A stretch of DNA of 32,000 bases from Kingella denitrificans ATCC 33394. Lineage in GTDB: Bacteria > Pseudomonadota > Gammaproteobacteria > Burkholderiales > Neisseriaceae. The position numbers and the translations under genes are program-made. Where the stretch lies: contig NZ_GL870929.1 in NCBI RefSeq assembly GCF_000190695.1, positions 1,956,784 to 1,988,783 of the forward strand, given 5' to 3'. Shown here one piece after another: positions 1 through 8,480 of this stretch; positions within the stretch are counted from its first letter, which is position 1, and the number at the start of each line of letters is the position of its first letter. The notes under the pieces are model-generated. The model was given only the letters and a program-made list of their open reading frames with translations. It did no database searches and was not told the origin of the DNA.

Positions 1-212
1 AATTCGGCCAAATCCTCAATGCCTTCCACCCGGTCGCAAGGCTCGCTGTCGGGCAGATTCGGCGGCAGCACGGCAGCGGTGGCCGAATCCGCCTGCCACG
101 CAATCCAATAACCGTTCTGGGTGCGGTAAAACTGCGCGTCCTGCCCGATGGCATATTCTGCATGCGCGTTCATGCGCTCGGCGATTTCGGGTTGGTAGGG
201 AAGGGTGTTCAT
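1..212 (-). CDS. hypothetical protein, N-terminal part only (gene runs off the window start)
   Basis: A minus-strand ATG at 212-210 opens a frame that stays open to position 1 (MNTLPYQPEIAERMNAHAEYAIGQDAQFYRTQNGYWIAWQADSATAAVL...). It is absent from the ORF track because it is truncated. No family recognised. Confidence 0.45.
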   Translation of the reverse strand, partial: MNTLPYQPEIAERMNAHAEYAIGQDAQFYRTQNGYWIAWQADSATAAVLPPNLPDSEPCDRVEGIEDLAE

Positions 213-301
213 ATTTTTGATATCCTATTGTAAATTAAATAATAATTTTAAGATTGCATGGTGTTGCGCCGCCATACCTACGCTTGGGTTATCGCCTGTT
301 T

Positions 302-313
302 TGCAGGCTGCTT
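302..313. repeat. DNA uptake sequence (DUS) 12-mer, TGCAGGCTGCTT orientation
   Basis: Exact 12-mer. It is one of about 32 exact copies in the core parts of the window; the full coordinate list is in the DUS finding. Confidence 0.85.
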
Positions 314-315
314 TT

Positions 316-385
316 TATAGTGAATTAAAATCGCAATGATACGGCGTTGGCTCGCCTTGTCTCATTTTTATTTTAATCCACTATA
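316..385. mobile_element. Correia-like miniature inverted-repeat element (70 bp, TA-bounded)
   Basis: Sequence: TATAGTGAATTAAAAT...ATTTTAATCCACTATA. The termini match each other as inverted repeats at 15/16 positions. The interior TACGGCGTTGGCTCGCCTTGTC resembles the Neisseria Correia terminal repeat as I remember it (TATAGTGGATTAA....CCAGTACGGCGTTGCCTCGCCTT). The element lies 4 nt downstream of the rluC stop. Confidence 0.7.
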
Positions 386-389
386 TCGT

Positions 390-1370
390 TCAACCTGCAC
401 GCAAACCGTCCAAAAACCGCTGCAAATCATCGGGTAAAGCAGCCTGCAACACCAGTTTTTCGCCGGTGAGCGGATGGTCCAGCTCCAAAGAATAGGCGTG
501 CAGGAACATGCGCTTCAAACCTAATTTCTGCAAACGGCGGTTGGCCTGGTAGTCGCCGTAACGTTCGTCGCCCGCAATCGGGCAGCCGCTCGCCTGCATG
601 TGGACGCGGATTTGGTGCGTGCGCCCCGTTTTCAGCGTCGCCTCCACCAGGCTCAAAGCGGAAACGCCCACCGAATGCGGCCGTTCGCCCGAAAATGTGT
701 CCAGCACGCGGAATACCGTGTGTGCCGATTGCCCGTCTTCCGCCGAACCGACACGCACCATTTTTTCGCCGGCCGCGCCCGTGTATTTGACCAGCGGCAG
801 GCGGACATGGCGCAGTGCAGGCTGCCATGTGCCCACGCCCAGCGCCCAATAGATTTTTTTCGGATGGTCGTTGCGCAGCATTTCGTGCAGTTTCACCAGC
901 GCGCTACGTTTTTTGGCCACCATCAGCAGGCCGCTGGTATCCTTGTCCAAGCGGTGCACCAGTTCCAGATATTTCGCCTCCGGCCGCGCGCGGCGCAGCT
1001 GTTCGATAACGCCGAAACTCACCCCGGAGCCGCCATGCACCGCCACGCCGCTGGGCTTGTTTACCACCAGCAGCGCATCGTCTTCGTAAACAATTTCAAA
1101 ATGGCGCGCGGGCACGGGTTGCAGGCTGCTTTTTGCCGTTTTTTCCGCCGTGCGCACGGGCGGAATCCTAATCAAATCACCGGTTTGAATGCGCGTTTCC
1201 GGTTTGGCGCGCCCCTTGTTCACCCGCACTTCGCCCGCACGGATAATGCGGTGGATATGGCTCTTGGGCACGCCCTTCAAAATTTTTATCAGATAGTTGT
1301 CAAGGCGTTGCGCCGATTCATGTTCCTGCACGCAAATATGATTGACTAAGTCTTTGCTAATTGTTGGCAT
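390..1370 (-). CDS. rluC: 23S rRNA pseudouridine synthase, RluC-like (S4 domain plus RluA-family catalytic domain)
   Basis: ORF 390..1433, with the start trimmed to the ATG at 1370 (MPTISKDLV...). RLDNYLIKILKGVPKSHIHRIIRAGEVRVNKGRAKPE is an S4-like segment, and HRLDKDTSGLL is the catalytic Asp motif. The gene is divergent from rne, as in E. coli. Confidence 0.85.
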   Translation of the reverse strand: MPTISKDLVNHICVQEHESAQRLDNYLIKILKGVPKSHIHRIIRAGEVRVNKGRAKPETRIQTGDLIRIPPVRTAEKTAKSSLQPVPARHFEIVYEDDALLVVNKPSGVAVHGGSGVSFGVIEQLRRARPEAKYLELVHRLDKDTSGLLMVAKKRSALVKLHEMLRNDHPKKIYWALGVGTWQPALRHVRLPLVKYTGAAGEKMVRVGSAEDGQSAHTVFRVLDTFSGERPHSVGVSALSLVEATLKTGRTHQIRVHMQASGCPIAGDERYGDYQANRRLQKLGLKRMFLHAYSLELDHPLTGEKLVLQAALPDDLQRFLDGLRAG

Positions 1371-1777
1371 TTTTACTATAATCCAATGATTGCCGATGCA
1401 GCATGAATACTGTGTCGGACAGGGTAGATGCAAGTGATACGGCTTTGATTTTTAATGTGAAAAATAATTTAAGGCAGCCTGCACACCCTCTATTGCAAAA
1501 GCCGTATACCGCCATTTTACAAAAAAAGCACTTGGCACGTTTTCCTTTTTGCTGCACATCGAGCTAACGCAGCAAAAAATGTTTGATGAATATCCGCAGA
1601 CGACCGCTCAATACTTATTGTTTAAACAGATAAACACCCGTTTCAGAAACCCTGAAATTTCCAACATCGTTCTTTTGAATCGTCCGAAACTACACACATC
1701 GCAGCGCACCGTGCGCCACCACGCGAGTAGTTTTTCAAACTTAAAACGTATCTAAGTGCCTGATTATAGGTACAAAT
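1371..1777 (+). promoter_or_regulatory. rluC/rne divergent promoter region and long rne 5' leader
   Basis: A 407-nt non-coding gap lies upstream of rne, and the small ORFs in it look spurious. E. coli rne has a long structured autoregulatory 5' UTR. An AG-variant DUS lies at 1472-1483. Confidence 0.5.
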
Positions 1778-4531
1778 ATGAAAAGAATGCTATTTAATGC
1801 CACGCATTCCGAGGAATTGCGCGTGGCCATTGTCGATGGGCAGACCCTGCTGGATTTGGACATCGAAACCCTTGGTAAAGAACAACGCAAGGGCAATATC
1901 TATACCGGCGTGATTACCCGTATCGAACCTTCTCTGGAAGCGTGTTTTGTCGATTACGGTGTGGAGCGCCACGGCTTTTTGCCGTTCAAAGAAGTTTCCC
2001 GCGCCTATTTCCAAGACTATGAAGGCGGCCGTGCGCGCATTCAGGATGTGCTGAAAGAAGGGATGCAGGTCATCGTCCAAGTGGAAAAAGACGAGCGCGG
2101 CAATAAAGGCGCGGCATTAACCACGTTTATCAGCCTGGCCGGCCGCTATCTGGTGCTGATGCCGAACAATCCGCGCGGCGGCGGCGTATCGCGCCGAATC
2201 GAAGGCGATGACCGCGCCGAACTGAAAGAGGCGATGGCGCATTTGGATGTGCCGCACGGCATGAGCATTATTGCGCGTACTGCCGGCATTGGCCGCAGCA
2301 CGGAAGAATTGCAGTGGGATTTCAATTATTTATTGCAACTTTGGCGTGCCATTGAAGAAGCGGCGGCGGCACATAAAGAGCCGTATCTGCTGTTCATGGA
2401 AAGCTCGCTGGTCATTCGCGCCATCCGCGATTATTACCGCCCCGATATTGCCGAAATTTTGGTGGATAATCCCGAAGTTTACGAGCAAGTATCTGAATTT
2501 ATGAGTTATGTGATGCCGAACAATTTGTCGCGGCTCAAACTCTACACCGACCACACACCATTGTTTTCTCGCCTACAAATTGAGCAGCAAATTGAAACGG
2601 CGTTTGCGCGCTCCGTGAGCCTGCCCAGCGGCGGTGCAATTGTGATTGACCACACGGAAGCCTTGGTTTCCATCGACGTGAACTCCGCACGTTCCACACG
2701 CGGTGCGGATATTGAGGAAACTGCGTTCCGCACGAACATGGAAGCGGCGGAAGAAGTGGCGCGGCAAATGCGTTTGCGCGACTTGGGCGGCTTGGTGGTT
2801 ATCGACTTTATCGATATGGAAGATGCCAAGCACCAGCGCGATGTGGAAAATGTGTTGCGCGATGCGTTGAAAAAAGACCGCGCGCGCGTGCAGATGGGCA
2901 AATTGTCGCGCTTCGGGCTGTTGGAGCTGTCGCGCCAACGATTGCAGCCTGCACTGGCCGAAAGCAGCCATATTGCCTGCCCGCGCTGTGCCGGCACGGG
3001 CGTTATCCGCAGCATCGAATCCACCGCGCTGCACGTTTTGCGCCTGATTCAGGACGCGGCGATGAAGGACAACACGGGCGAAGTGCACGCGCAAGTGCCC
3101 GTGGACGTGGCCACGTTCCTGCTGAATGAAAAACGCGCCGAACTGTTCGGCATGGAAGAGCGGCTGGACGTGTCCGTGTTCCTGATTCCGAACACGAATT
3201 TGGAAAATCCGCATTACGAAATCACCCGAATCCGCACCGATGATGTGGAAGAAAATGCCGAGCCGAGTTACAAACGTGTCGCGCCGCCCGAAAAAACCGA
3301 AAGCGTGCCGTTCAGCAACAGCAAAGGTGAAAAAGCTGCGCGCCAAGAACCTGCGGTGAAAGGCTTGCGCCATGCGTCGCCCGCGCCGGTGTCCAGCCAA
3401 AATGCGTCTTGGTGGGACAGCTTTAAAAATTGGCTGAAAAAACTGTTCGGCGACACGTCGGGCTCATCTGAAAATACAGCGCCTGCCGCGTCTTCTTTCG
3501 GCAAAAACGGCAGCAAATCGCGCGGCGGCAGCAAGCGGAACAATCCGAACCGCCGCCCGAATGCGGGCAAAAACCGCGAAGACGGCGAGCAGCAGAGCGT
3601 AAACGAACGTAAATCCCGCAATGCCGACAAACGTTCGCGCAATGCCGAAAAGGCGGAAGCGGCCGCGCCTGCGCCTGTGGCGGAAATGCCTGAAAAAGAG
3701 CCGCGTCAGGCACGTCAGAAGTCTGCCGAAAATTCGCGCAGGCAGCCTGCAAAAAATGCGGAACAGGGCGGCGATGCTTCTGTAAATAATGGCAAACGCA
3801 ACAATCGGGCGAAAAAAGAGAAGCCGCTGGTGGTAAACTTGGGCAATGAAAAACGTGGCAAAAACGACCGCCGTCCGCCCAGACAGCGCGGCATTCCGTC
3901 CGCCGCCAAAATCGTGCAGTATCTGGATGTCGGCGCGGTGGGGGCGAATGTGGAGGACGGCATTGCCCATGTTTTGGCGCAGTATCCCGATTTGGCGGCT
4001 GAAAGCACGCTGGTCGCACAATGGCAGGCACGCCGTGAAGCGGCTGCGGCCGAAAAGGTTGCCGCCGACCATGTGCAGGCTGCTTTGGATGTGCCGGAAA
4101 CCGAATCTGCCGTTCAAGATGAAGCGGCTCTGGTAACGCAGATTGCGGAAAACGTCCGCGAGTCGGTTGCCGTTGTCGTGGCTGGCGAGTCGGGCGCGCA
4201 AGAAGCTGCTGCCGAGAAGGCGCAGGCTGATGTGGTGTTGCAGGCGATTGAGCCGGAAGAAGAACCGGAAAGTGGTGCAAACCAAGTGCAGGCTGCTTTT
4301 GAAGCCGTGCCTGCCGCTGAAACTGCGGCTGCCGTGTCTGTCGAACAGGCCGTTGCCGTGGCAGAAGCCAAAGGTTTGATGTTGGTGGAAACCGATGCGG
4401 CGGCATTGGCAGCATTTGCCGCACAGGCGGATGCGCCGGAAGAAACGGTATTGCGCCGCGCCGATGTGCCGAAAGTGCAGGCTGCTTTACCGCCTGCGGA
4501 CATGATTCAGGTGGAAACGCAGAAAGCGTAA
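1778..4531 (+). CDS. rne: ribonuclease E
   Basis: 917 aa. The N-terminus MKRMLFNATHSEELRVAIVDGQ...NIYTGVITRIEPSLEACFVDYG matches the RNase E/G S1 and catalytic domain. The C-terminal half is a low-complexity Arg/Lys/Ala/Glu-rich scaffold. Confidence 0.95.
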   Translation: MKRMLFNATHSEELRVAIVDGQTLLDLDIETLGKEQRKGNIYTGVITRIEPSLEACFVDYGVERHGFLPFKEVSRAYFQDYEGGRARIQDVLKEGMQVIVQVEKDERGNKGAALTTFISLAGRYLVLMPNNPRGGGVSRRIEGDDRAELKEAMAHLDVPHGMSIIARTAGIGRSTEELQWDFNYLLQLWRAIEEAAAAHKEPYLLFMESSLVIRAIRDYYRPDIAEILVDNPEVYEQVSEFMSYVMPNNLSRLKLYTDHTPLFSRLQIEQQIETAFARSVSLPSGGAIVIDHTEALVSIDVNSARSTRGADIEETAFRTNMEAAEEVARQMRLRDLGGLVVIDFIDMEDAKHQRDVENVLRDALKKDRARVQMGKLSRFGLLELSRQRLQPALAESSHIACPRCAGTGVIRSIESTALHVLRLIQDAAMKDNTGEVHAQVPVDVATFLLNEKRAELFGMEERLDVSVFLIPNTNLENPHYEITRIRTDDVEENAEPSYKRVAPPEKTESVPFSNSKGEKAARQEPAVKGLRHASPAPVSSQNASWWDSFKNWLKKLFGDTSGSSENTAPAASSFGKNGSKSRGGSKRNNPNRRPNAGKNREDGEQQSVNERKSRNADKRSRNAEKAEAAAPAPVAEMPEKEPRQARQKSAENSRRQPAKNAEQGGDASVNNGKRNNRAKKEKPLVVNLGNEKRGKNDRRPPRQRGIPSAAKIVQYLDVGAVGANVEDGIAHVLAQYPDLAAESTLVAQWQARREAAAAEKVAADHVQAALDVPETESAVQDEAALVTQIAENVRESVAVVVAGESGAQEAAAEKAQADVVLQAIEPEEEPESGANQVQAAFEAVPAAETAAAVSVEQAVAVAEAKGLMLVETDAAALAAFAAQADAPEETVLRRADVPKVQAALPPADMIQVETQKA

Positions 4532-4556
4532 TCCGTCCGATTTAGAAAGCTGTGCC

Positions 4557-5042
4557 ATGAACTACCCTTTGCCCGATTTCGAGCGCAAAATCCTGCCGCC
4601 CGAACAACTGCTGCAAAAGCTGCCCGATATGCCGCGCCCTTTGGTGTTTACCAACGGCTGTTTCGACATCATCCACCGCGGCCATGTGACTTATCTGGCG
4701 CAGGCGCGCGCGTTGGGCAAATGCCTGATTCTGGCATTGAACACGGACGAATCCGTGCGGCGGCAGGGCAAAGGGAGCGACCGCCCCATCAACGCATTGC
4801 CGCAGCGTGCAGCCGTGGCGGCGGCATTGGCCAGCGTGGATTGGGTCACCTGGTTCGACAGCGACACGCCCGCCGCGCTGATTGCCGAAATCCAACCGGA
4901 TATTTTGGTGAAAGGCGGCGATTGGGCGGTGGAGCAGATTGTCGGTTCCGCCGAAACCTTGGCGCGCGGCGGCCAAGTCCACAGCATTCCTTTTGTACAT
5001 CACACATCAACCACCAAGACATTGGAGAAAATCCGTGCGTAA
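4557..5042 (+). CDS. hldC: D-glycero-beta-D-manno-heptose 1-phosphate adenylyltransferase (RfaE domain II type cytidylyltransferase)
   Basis: 161 aa. FTNGCFDIIHRGHVTYL is the nucleotidyltransferase H-x-G-H motif. The size fits stand-alone HldC. Confidence 0.8.
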   Translation: MNYPLPDFERKILPPEQLLQKLPDMPRPLVFTNGCFDIIHRGHVTYLAQARALGKCLILALNTDESVRRQGKGSDRPINALPQRAAVAAALASVDWVTWFDSDTPAALIAEIQPDILVKGGDWAVEQIVGSAETLARGGQVHSIPFVHHTSTTKTLEKIRA

Positions 5043-5718
5043 AACAACTTCTTTCTATGTGAAACCATTGCTGGCCGTGATGCTGGCCGCCGGCGCATTG
5101 TCCGTGCAGGCTGCCCCGATTCCCGACCAGGCCACCTTGCAGTTCCGCGGCAGCTACGGCATCCCCGCCACCATGACCTTCAAACGCAGCGGCAGCCAAT
5201 ACACCGTGAGCGCCAGCATCAACGTGCCGTTTTACAAAATCCGCTTTGAAAGCGGCGGCACCATTTCCGGCAACCAGCTTAATCCGAGCTATTACCGCGA
5301 CGTGCGTAACGGTAAAGTGTATGCATCCGCCCAGTTCGCCGGTTCCAAAGCCACTTACGGCAAAGCCGGGGAAACCAAAACCGAAAACGTGCGCGGCCGC
5401 GTGATGGATTTGTTCACGCTGGCTTGGCAGCTTGTCTTCACTGATGGCCAACTGCCGCCCAACCTGATGATTACCAACGGCAAACGCCTGTATCCCGTGC
5501 GCGGCATCAGCCCTGCCGGCACCAGCCAAATCACATTTAACGGCAGAAAAATCGATGTGAATCAGTTTAACGTCAGACGCGGCGACGACACGGCGCAATA
5601 CGGCTTTGCCCCCGCGCTTAACGGCGTTCCGGCGATTATCCGCTATAACGACGGCGACAAAAACTACGCGCTCACGCTCAAATCCGTCAGCATTAACGGC
5701 CAAACGGTACAGCCTTAA
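5035..5718 (+). CDS. secreted protein of unknown function (possibly DUF3108-like; family assignment tentative)
   Basis: ORF 4939..5718 trimmed to the GTG at 5035, which overlaps the hldC stop. The N-terminus (M)RKTTSFYVKPLLAVMLAAGALSVQA-APIP is a signal peptide. Confidence 0.6.
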   Translation: MRKTTSFYVKPLLAVMLAAGALSVQAAPIPDQATLQFRGSYGIPATMTFKRSGSQYTVSASINVPFYKIRFESGGTISGNQLNPSYYRDVRNGKVYASAQFAGSKATYGKAGETKTENVRGRVMDLFTLAWQLVFTDGQLPPNLMITNGKRLYPVRGISPAGTSQITFNGRKIDVNQFNVRRGDDTAQYGFAPALNGVPAIIRYNDGDKNYALTLKSVSINGQTVQP

Positions 5719-5732
5719 AACCATGCTTTAAA

Positions 5733-5772
5733 AAGCAGCCTGCACCTTCATCACGCAAAGTGCAGGCTGCTT
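5733..5772 (+). terminator. inverted DUS pair hairpin (terminator)
   Basis: AAGCAGCCTGCA at 5733-5744 and TGCAGGCTGCTT at 5761-5772, with a 16-nt spacer, directly after the stop at 5718. Confidence 0.75.
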
Positions 5773-5788
5773 AAGTTTAGGAAACCAC

Positions 5789-6523
5789 ATGGAAAAATCC
5801 AACCTTATCGTGGCGCTGCTGATTGATGCCGACAACGCCCCCGCCAAGAAAATCGACTTCATCATGAGCGAATTGGCTAACTACGGCTCGGTGATGGTGC
5901 GCAAAATTTACGGCAACTGGAAAGACGACCGCCTGAAAAGCTGGGAAAACGTGCTGCTGGATTACGCGCTCGCCCCCGTGCAGCAGTTCGACTACACCAA
6001 AGGCAAAAACGCCACCGACATGGCCATGACCATCGACGTGATGGATTTGCTGTTTCTCAATAAAGTCGATGTGTTCTGCCTGGTGTCGTCCGATTGCGAT
6101 TTTACGCCGCTGGCCATGCGGATTAAGGCATCGGGCAAACAGGTGATTGGGTTTGGCGAACACAAAACGCCCAAATCGCTGGTGGCCGCGTGCAGCAAAT
6201 TCCTGTTTCTCGACAATGCCCAGAGCCGCACCGCGCCGACAGAGCAGCAGGTGCAGCGCAAAACCGCGCAGGAGCTGAAAGGCGACAGCACGCTCATGAA
6301 CCTGCTGCGCAACAGCATTGCCGACAGCTGCGACGAAGACGGCTGGGCGGATTTGCAGCAAATCGGGCGCATCATCGGCAACCAATCTTCGTTCGACAGC
6401 CGCAATTACGGCTTTGCCAAATTGAGCGATTTGGTGCGCGCCATCGATATTTTCGAAACCAAATTGTCTGACAACCGCTCGCAGCTGTATATCCGCGACA
6501 AACGCGCCAAAAAATCATCATAA
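5789..6523 (+). CDS. NYN-domain (LabA/DUF88-like) protein with C-terminal OST-HTH/LOTUS-like domain
   Basis: 244 aa. LLIDADNA...IYGNW...CLVSSDCDF carries the NYN acidic motifs. The C-terminal segment GWADLQQIGRIIG...FDSRNYGFAKLSDLV is LOTUS-like. Confidence 0.7.
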   Translation: MEKSNLIVALLIDADNAPAKKIDFIMSELANYGSVMVRKIYGNWKDDRLKSWENVLLDYALAPVQQFDYTKGKNATDMAMTIDVMDLLFLNKVDVFCLVSSDCDFTPLAMRIKASGKQVIGFGEHKTPKSLVAACSKFLFLDNAQSRTAPTEQQVQRKTAQELKGDSTLMNLLRNSIADSCDEDGWADLQQIGRIIGNQSSFDSRNYGFAKLSDLVRAIDIFETKLSDNRSQLYIRDKRAKKSS

Positions 6524-6567
6524 TATTGAAAACCAAGATTAAAAAGCAGCCTGCACTTTAAAAAAAT

Positions 6568-7611
6568 ATGAACACACACCACTTTCCCGATTTCGCAGAA
6601 AAATTAGTGGCATGGCAGCGCGAACACGGACGGCACGACTTCCCGTGGCAGGTGCGCGACCCTTATGCCGTTTGGCTGTCGGAAATCATGTTGCAGCAAA
6701 CACAGGCCGCCACCGTGCGCGATTATTTCCTGCGCTTCATCCGCGAATTACCCACCGTGCGCGATTTGGCCGCCGCACCGCAAGACACCGTGTTGGCCTT
6801 GTGGGCAGGGTTGGGCTATTACAGCCGCGCGCGCAACCTGCATGCCGCCGCGCAGCAAATCATGGACGAATTCGGCGGAGAATTCCCGCAAACGCGCGAA
6901 GAATGGCAGAGGCTCAAAGGCGTGGGGCGCAGCACGGCCGCCGCTGTAATGGCGTTTGCCTTTCACTCGCGCGAAACCATATTGGACGGCAATGTGAAAC
7001 GCGTGCTGTGCCGCATTTTCGCCCAAGACGGCGACCCGAAATCCCCCGCGTTCGAACGCAGTTTGTGGGCGCTGGCCGAACAGTTGCTGCCGGACAACGC
7101 CGCCGATATGCCGGCCTACACGCAAGGGCTGATGGATTTGGGCGCCACCGTCTGTACGCGCAATAAGCCCAAGTGCGGCGATTGCCCGATGGCGCACCAA
7201 TGCTTGGCGAAACAGCAAGGGCGGATTGACGAATTGCCGCGCAAAAAAACACCGGTTGCCGTGCGCCAGCAAACCGTGTTCTGGCTGCTGCTTCGGCGGC
7301 ACGACGACGCGTATTGGCTGCAAAAGCGGCCGAATCGAGGCATTTGGGCGGGGCTGTATTGCGTGCCCGAAGCAGGCAGCCTGCACGAATTGCGCGGGCT
7401 GGCGGAAAGACTGGGCGCGGACGGTGATGATTGGCAGGAAGCCGAAGCCTTCACGCACCGCTTAACGCACCGCCTGCTGGAAATTGTGCCGTACCGCGCG
7501 GTGCTGCCGCCGCAAAAGCAGCCTGCAGCCGATGAATCGGGCGTGTGGGTGCCGCGCGAACGCATCCGCGAATATGCCTTGCCCACGCCTTTGGCCACGT
7601 TGTTGAAATAG
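6568..7611 (+). CDS. mutY: A/G-specific adenine DNA glycosylase
   Basis: 347 aa. WLSEIMLQQTQ and GLGYYSRARNLH form the HhH-GPD region. C-x6-C-x2-C-x5-C (CTRNKPKCGDCPMAHQC) is the Fe-S cluster loop. A NUDIX-like C-terminal domain follows. Confidence 0.93.
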   Translation: MNTHHFPDFAEKLVAWQREHGRHDFPWQVRDPYAVWLSEIMLQQTQAATVRDYFLRFIRELPTVRDLAAAPQDTVLALWAGLGYYSRARNLHAAAQQIMDEFGGEFPQTREEWQRLKGVGRSTAAAVMAFAFHSRETILDGNVKRVLCRIFAQDGDPKSPAFERSLWALAEQLLPDNAADMPAYTQGLMDLGATVCTRNKPKCGDCPMAHQCLAKQQGRIDELPRKKTPVAVRQQTVFWLLLRRHDDAYWLQKRPNRGIWAGLYCVPEAGSLHELRGLAERLGADGDDWQEAEAFTHRLTHRLLEIVPYRAVLPPQKQPAADESGVWVPRERIREYALPTPLATLLK

Positions 7612-7625
7612 AACCGCCATTAAAG

Positions 7626-7663
7626 TGCAGGCTGCTTTCCGATACGCCAAAAAGCAGCCTGCA
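7626..7663 (+). terminator. inverted DUS pair hairpin (terminator)
   Basis: TGCAGGCTGCTT at 7626-7637 and AAGCAGCCTGCA at 7652-7663, after the mutY stop. Confidence 0.7.
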
Positions 7664-7688
7664 CCCTTCCGTTGAACACAGATAAAAA

Positions 7689-8480
7689 ATGCCGCAAACC
7701 GTTGCCTATATTTTCGGGCAGGCGATGACCGACGTGCCTGCCGATTTGTTTATTCCGCCCGACGCCCTGCAAGTTGTGCTGCACAGCTTTGAAGGGCCGT
7801 TGGACTTGCTGCTGTACCTTATCCGCAAGCAGAATATCGACGTGCTGGATATTCCGATGGTGCGGATTACCGAGCAATATCTGGCCTATATCGCGCAGAT
7901 GGATACGGAACAATTTGATTTGGCGGCGGAATATCTGCTGATGGCGGCGGTGCTGATTGAAATCAAATCACGGCTGTTGCTGCCCAAACCGCCCGAGCAG
8001 CCCGAAGAAGAAGCCGACCCGCGCGCGGAACTGGTGCGCCGCCTGTTGGCCTACGAACAAATGAAGCTGGCCGCGCACGATTTGGACGCATTGCCCCGCG
8101 CAGGCCGCGATTTCGCGTGGGTGTACCTGCCTCTGGAACTGGCCGCGCCGGTGCAGCTTCCCGCCGTGCAAGTAGCCGATTTGACCAAAGCATGGCTGAA
8201 TATCCTGGCGCGCGCCAAGCACCACCAAAGCCACGCGGTGGTGCAGGAAACCATTTCGGTGCGCGAACAGATGAGCCATATCCTGCGCCGTTTGCAGGCC
8301 GGACAATGCCGATTTTCCGAACTTTTTGCCGTGGAACGCGGCACGGCGTATGTGGTGGTGAGCTTTATCGCCTTGCTGGAACTGGTGAAAGAAGGTTTGG
8401 TGAATGTGGTGCAGGAAGCGTATTTTGCCGAAATCCATGTGCAGGCTGCTTCCGAAGTAACAGAAAAGGAAAAACCGTGA
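7689..8480 (+). CDS. scpA: segregation and condensation protein A
   Basis: 263 aa. FEGPLDLLLYLIRKQNIDVLDIPMVRITEQYL is the typical ScpA N-terminus. Confidence 0.88.
   Translation: MPQTVAYIFGQAMTDVPADLFIPPDALQVVLHSFEGPLDLLLYLIRKQNIDVLDIPMVRITEQYLAYIAQMDTEQFDLAAEYLLMAAVLIEIKSRLLLPKPPEQPEEEADPRAELVRRLLAYEQMKLAAHDLDALPRAGRDFAWVYLPLELAAPVQLPAVQVADLTKAWLNILARAKHHQSHAVVQETISVREQMSHILRRLQAGQCRFSELFAVERGTAYVVVSFIALLELVKEGLVNVVQEAYFAEIHVQAASEVTEKEKP

Noticed and set aside
598-1349. Plus-strand ORFs (598..852, 600..1349, 815..1009, 871..1089) and ORF 427..849 on the minus strand overlapping rluC
   Set aside because: They are shadow frames of a GC-rich gene. Their composition is Arg/Ala/His/Phe-rich and non-protein-like, whereas the rluC frame has clear family motifs.
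1790-4503. Many ORFs antisense to or out of frame with rne (for example 2573..3400, 3423..4424, 3464..4285, 4114..4503)
   Set aside because: All lie inside the well-supported RNase E frame. Their low-complexity Arg/Pro/Ala-rich translations are typical of antisense reads of GC-rich DNA.
4939-5034. Upstream extension of ORF 4939..5718 overlapping hldC
   Set aside because: The signal peptide begins right at the GTG at 5035. The extension would bury it behind 32 residues and overlap hldC by about 100 nt.
4846-5724. 292-aa minus-strand ORF covering hldC and the secreted-protein gene
   Set aside because: It is antisense to two plus-strand genes with recognisable features (an HxGH motif and a signal peptide), and it has no motifs of its own.
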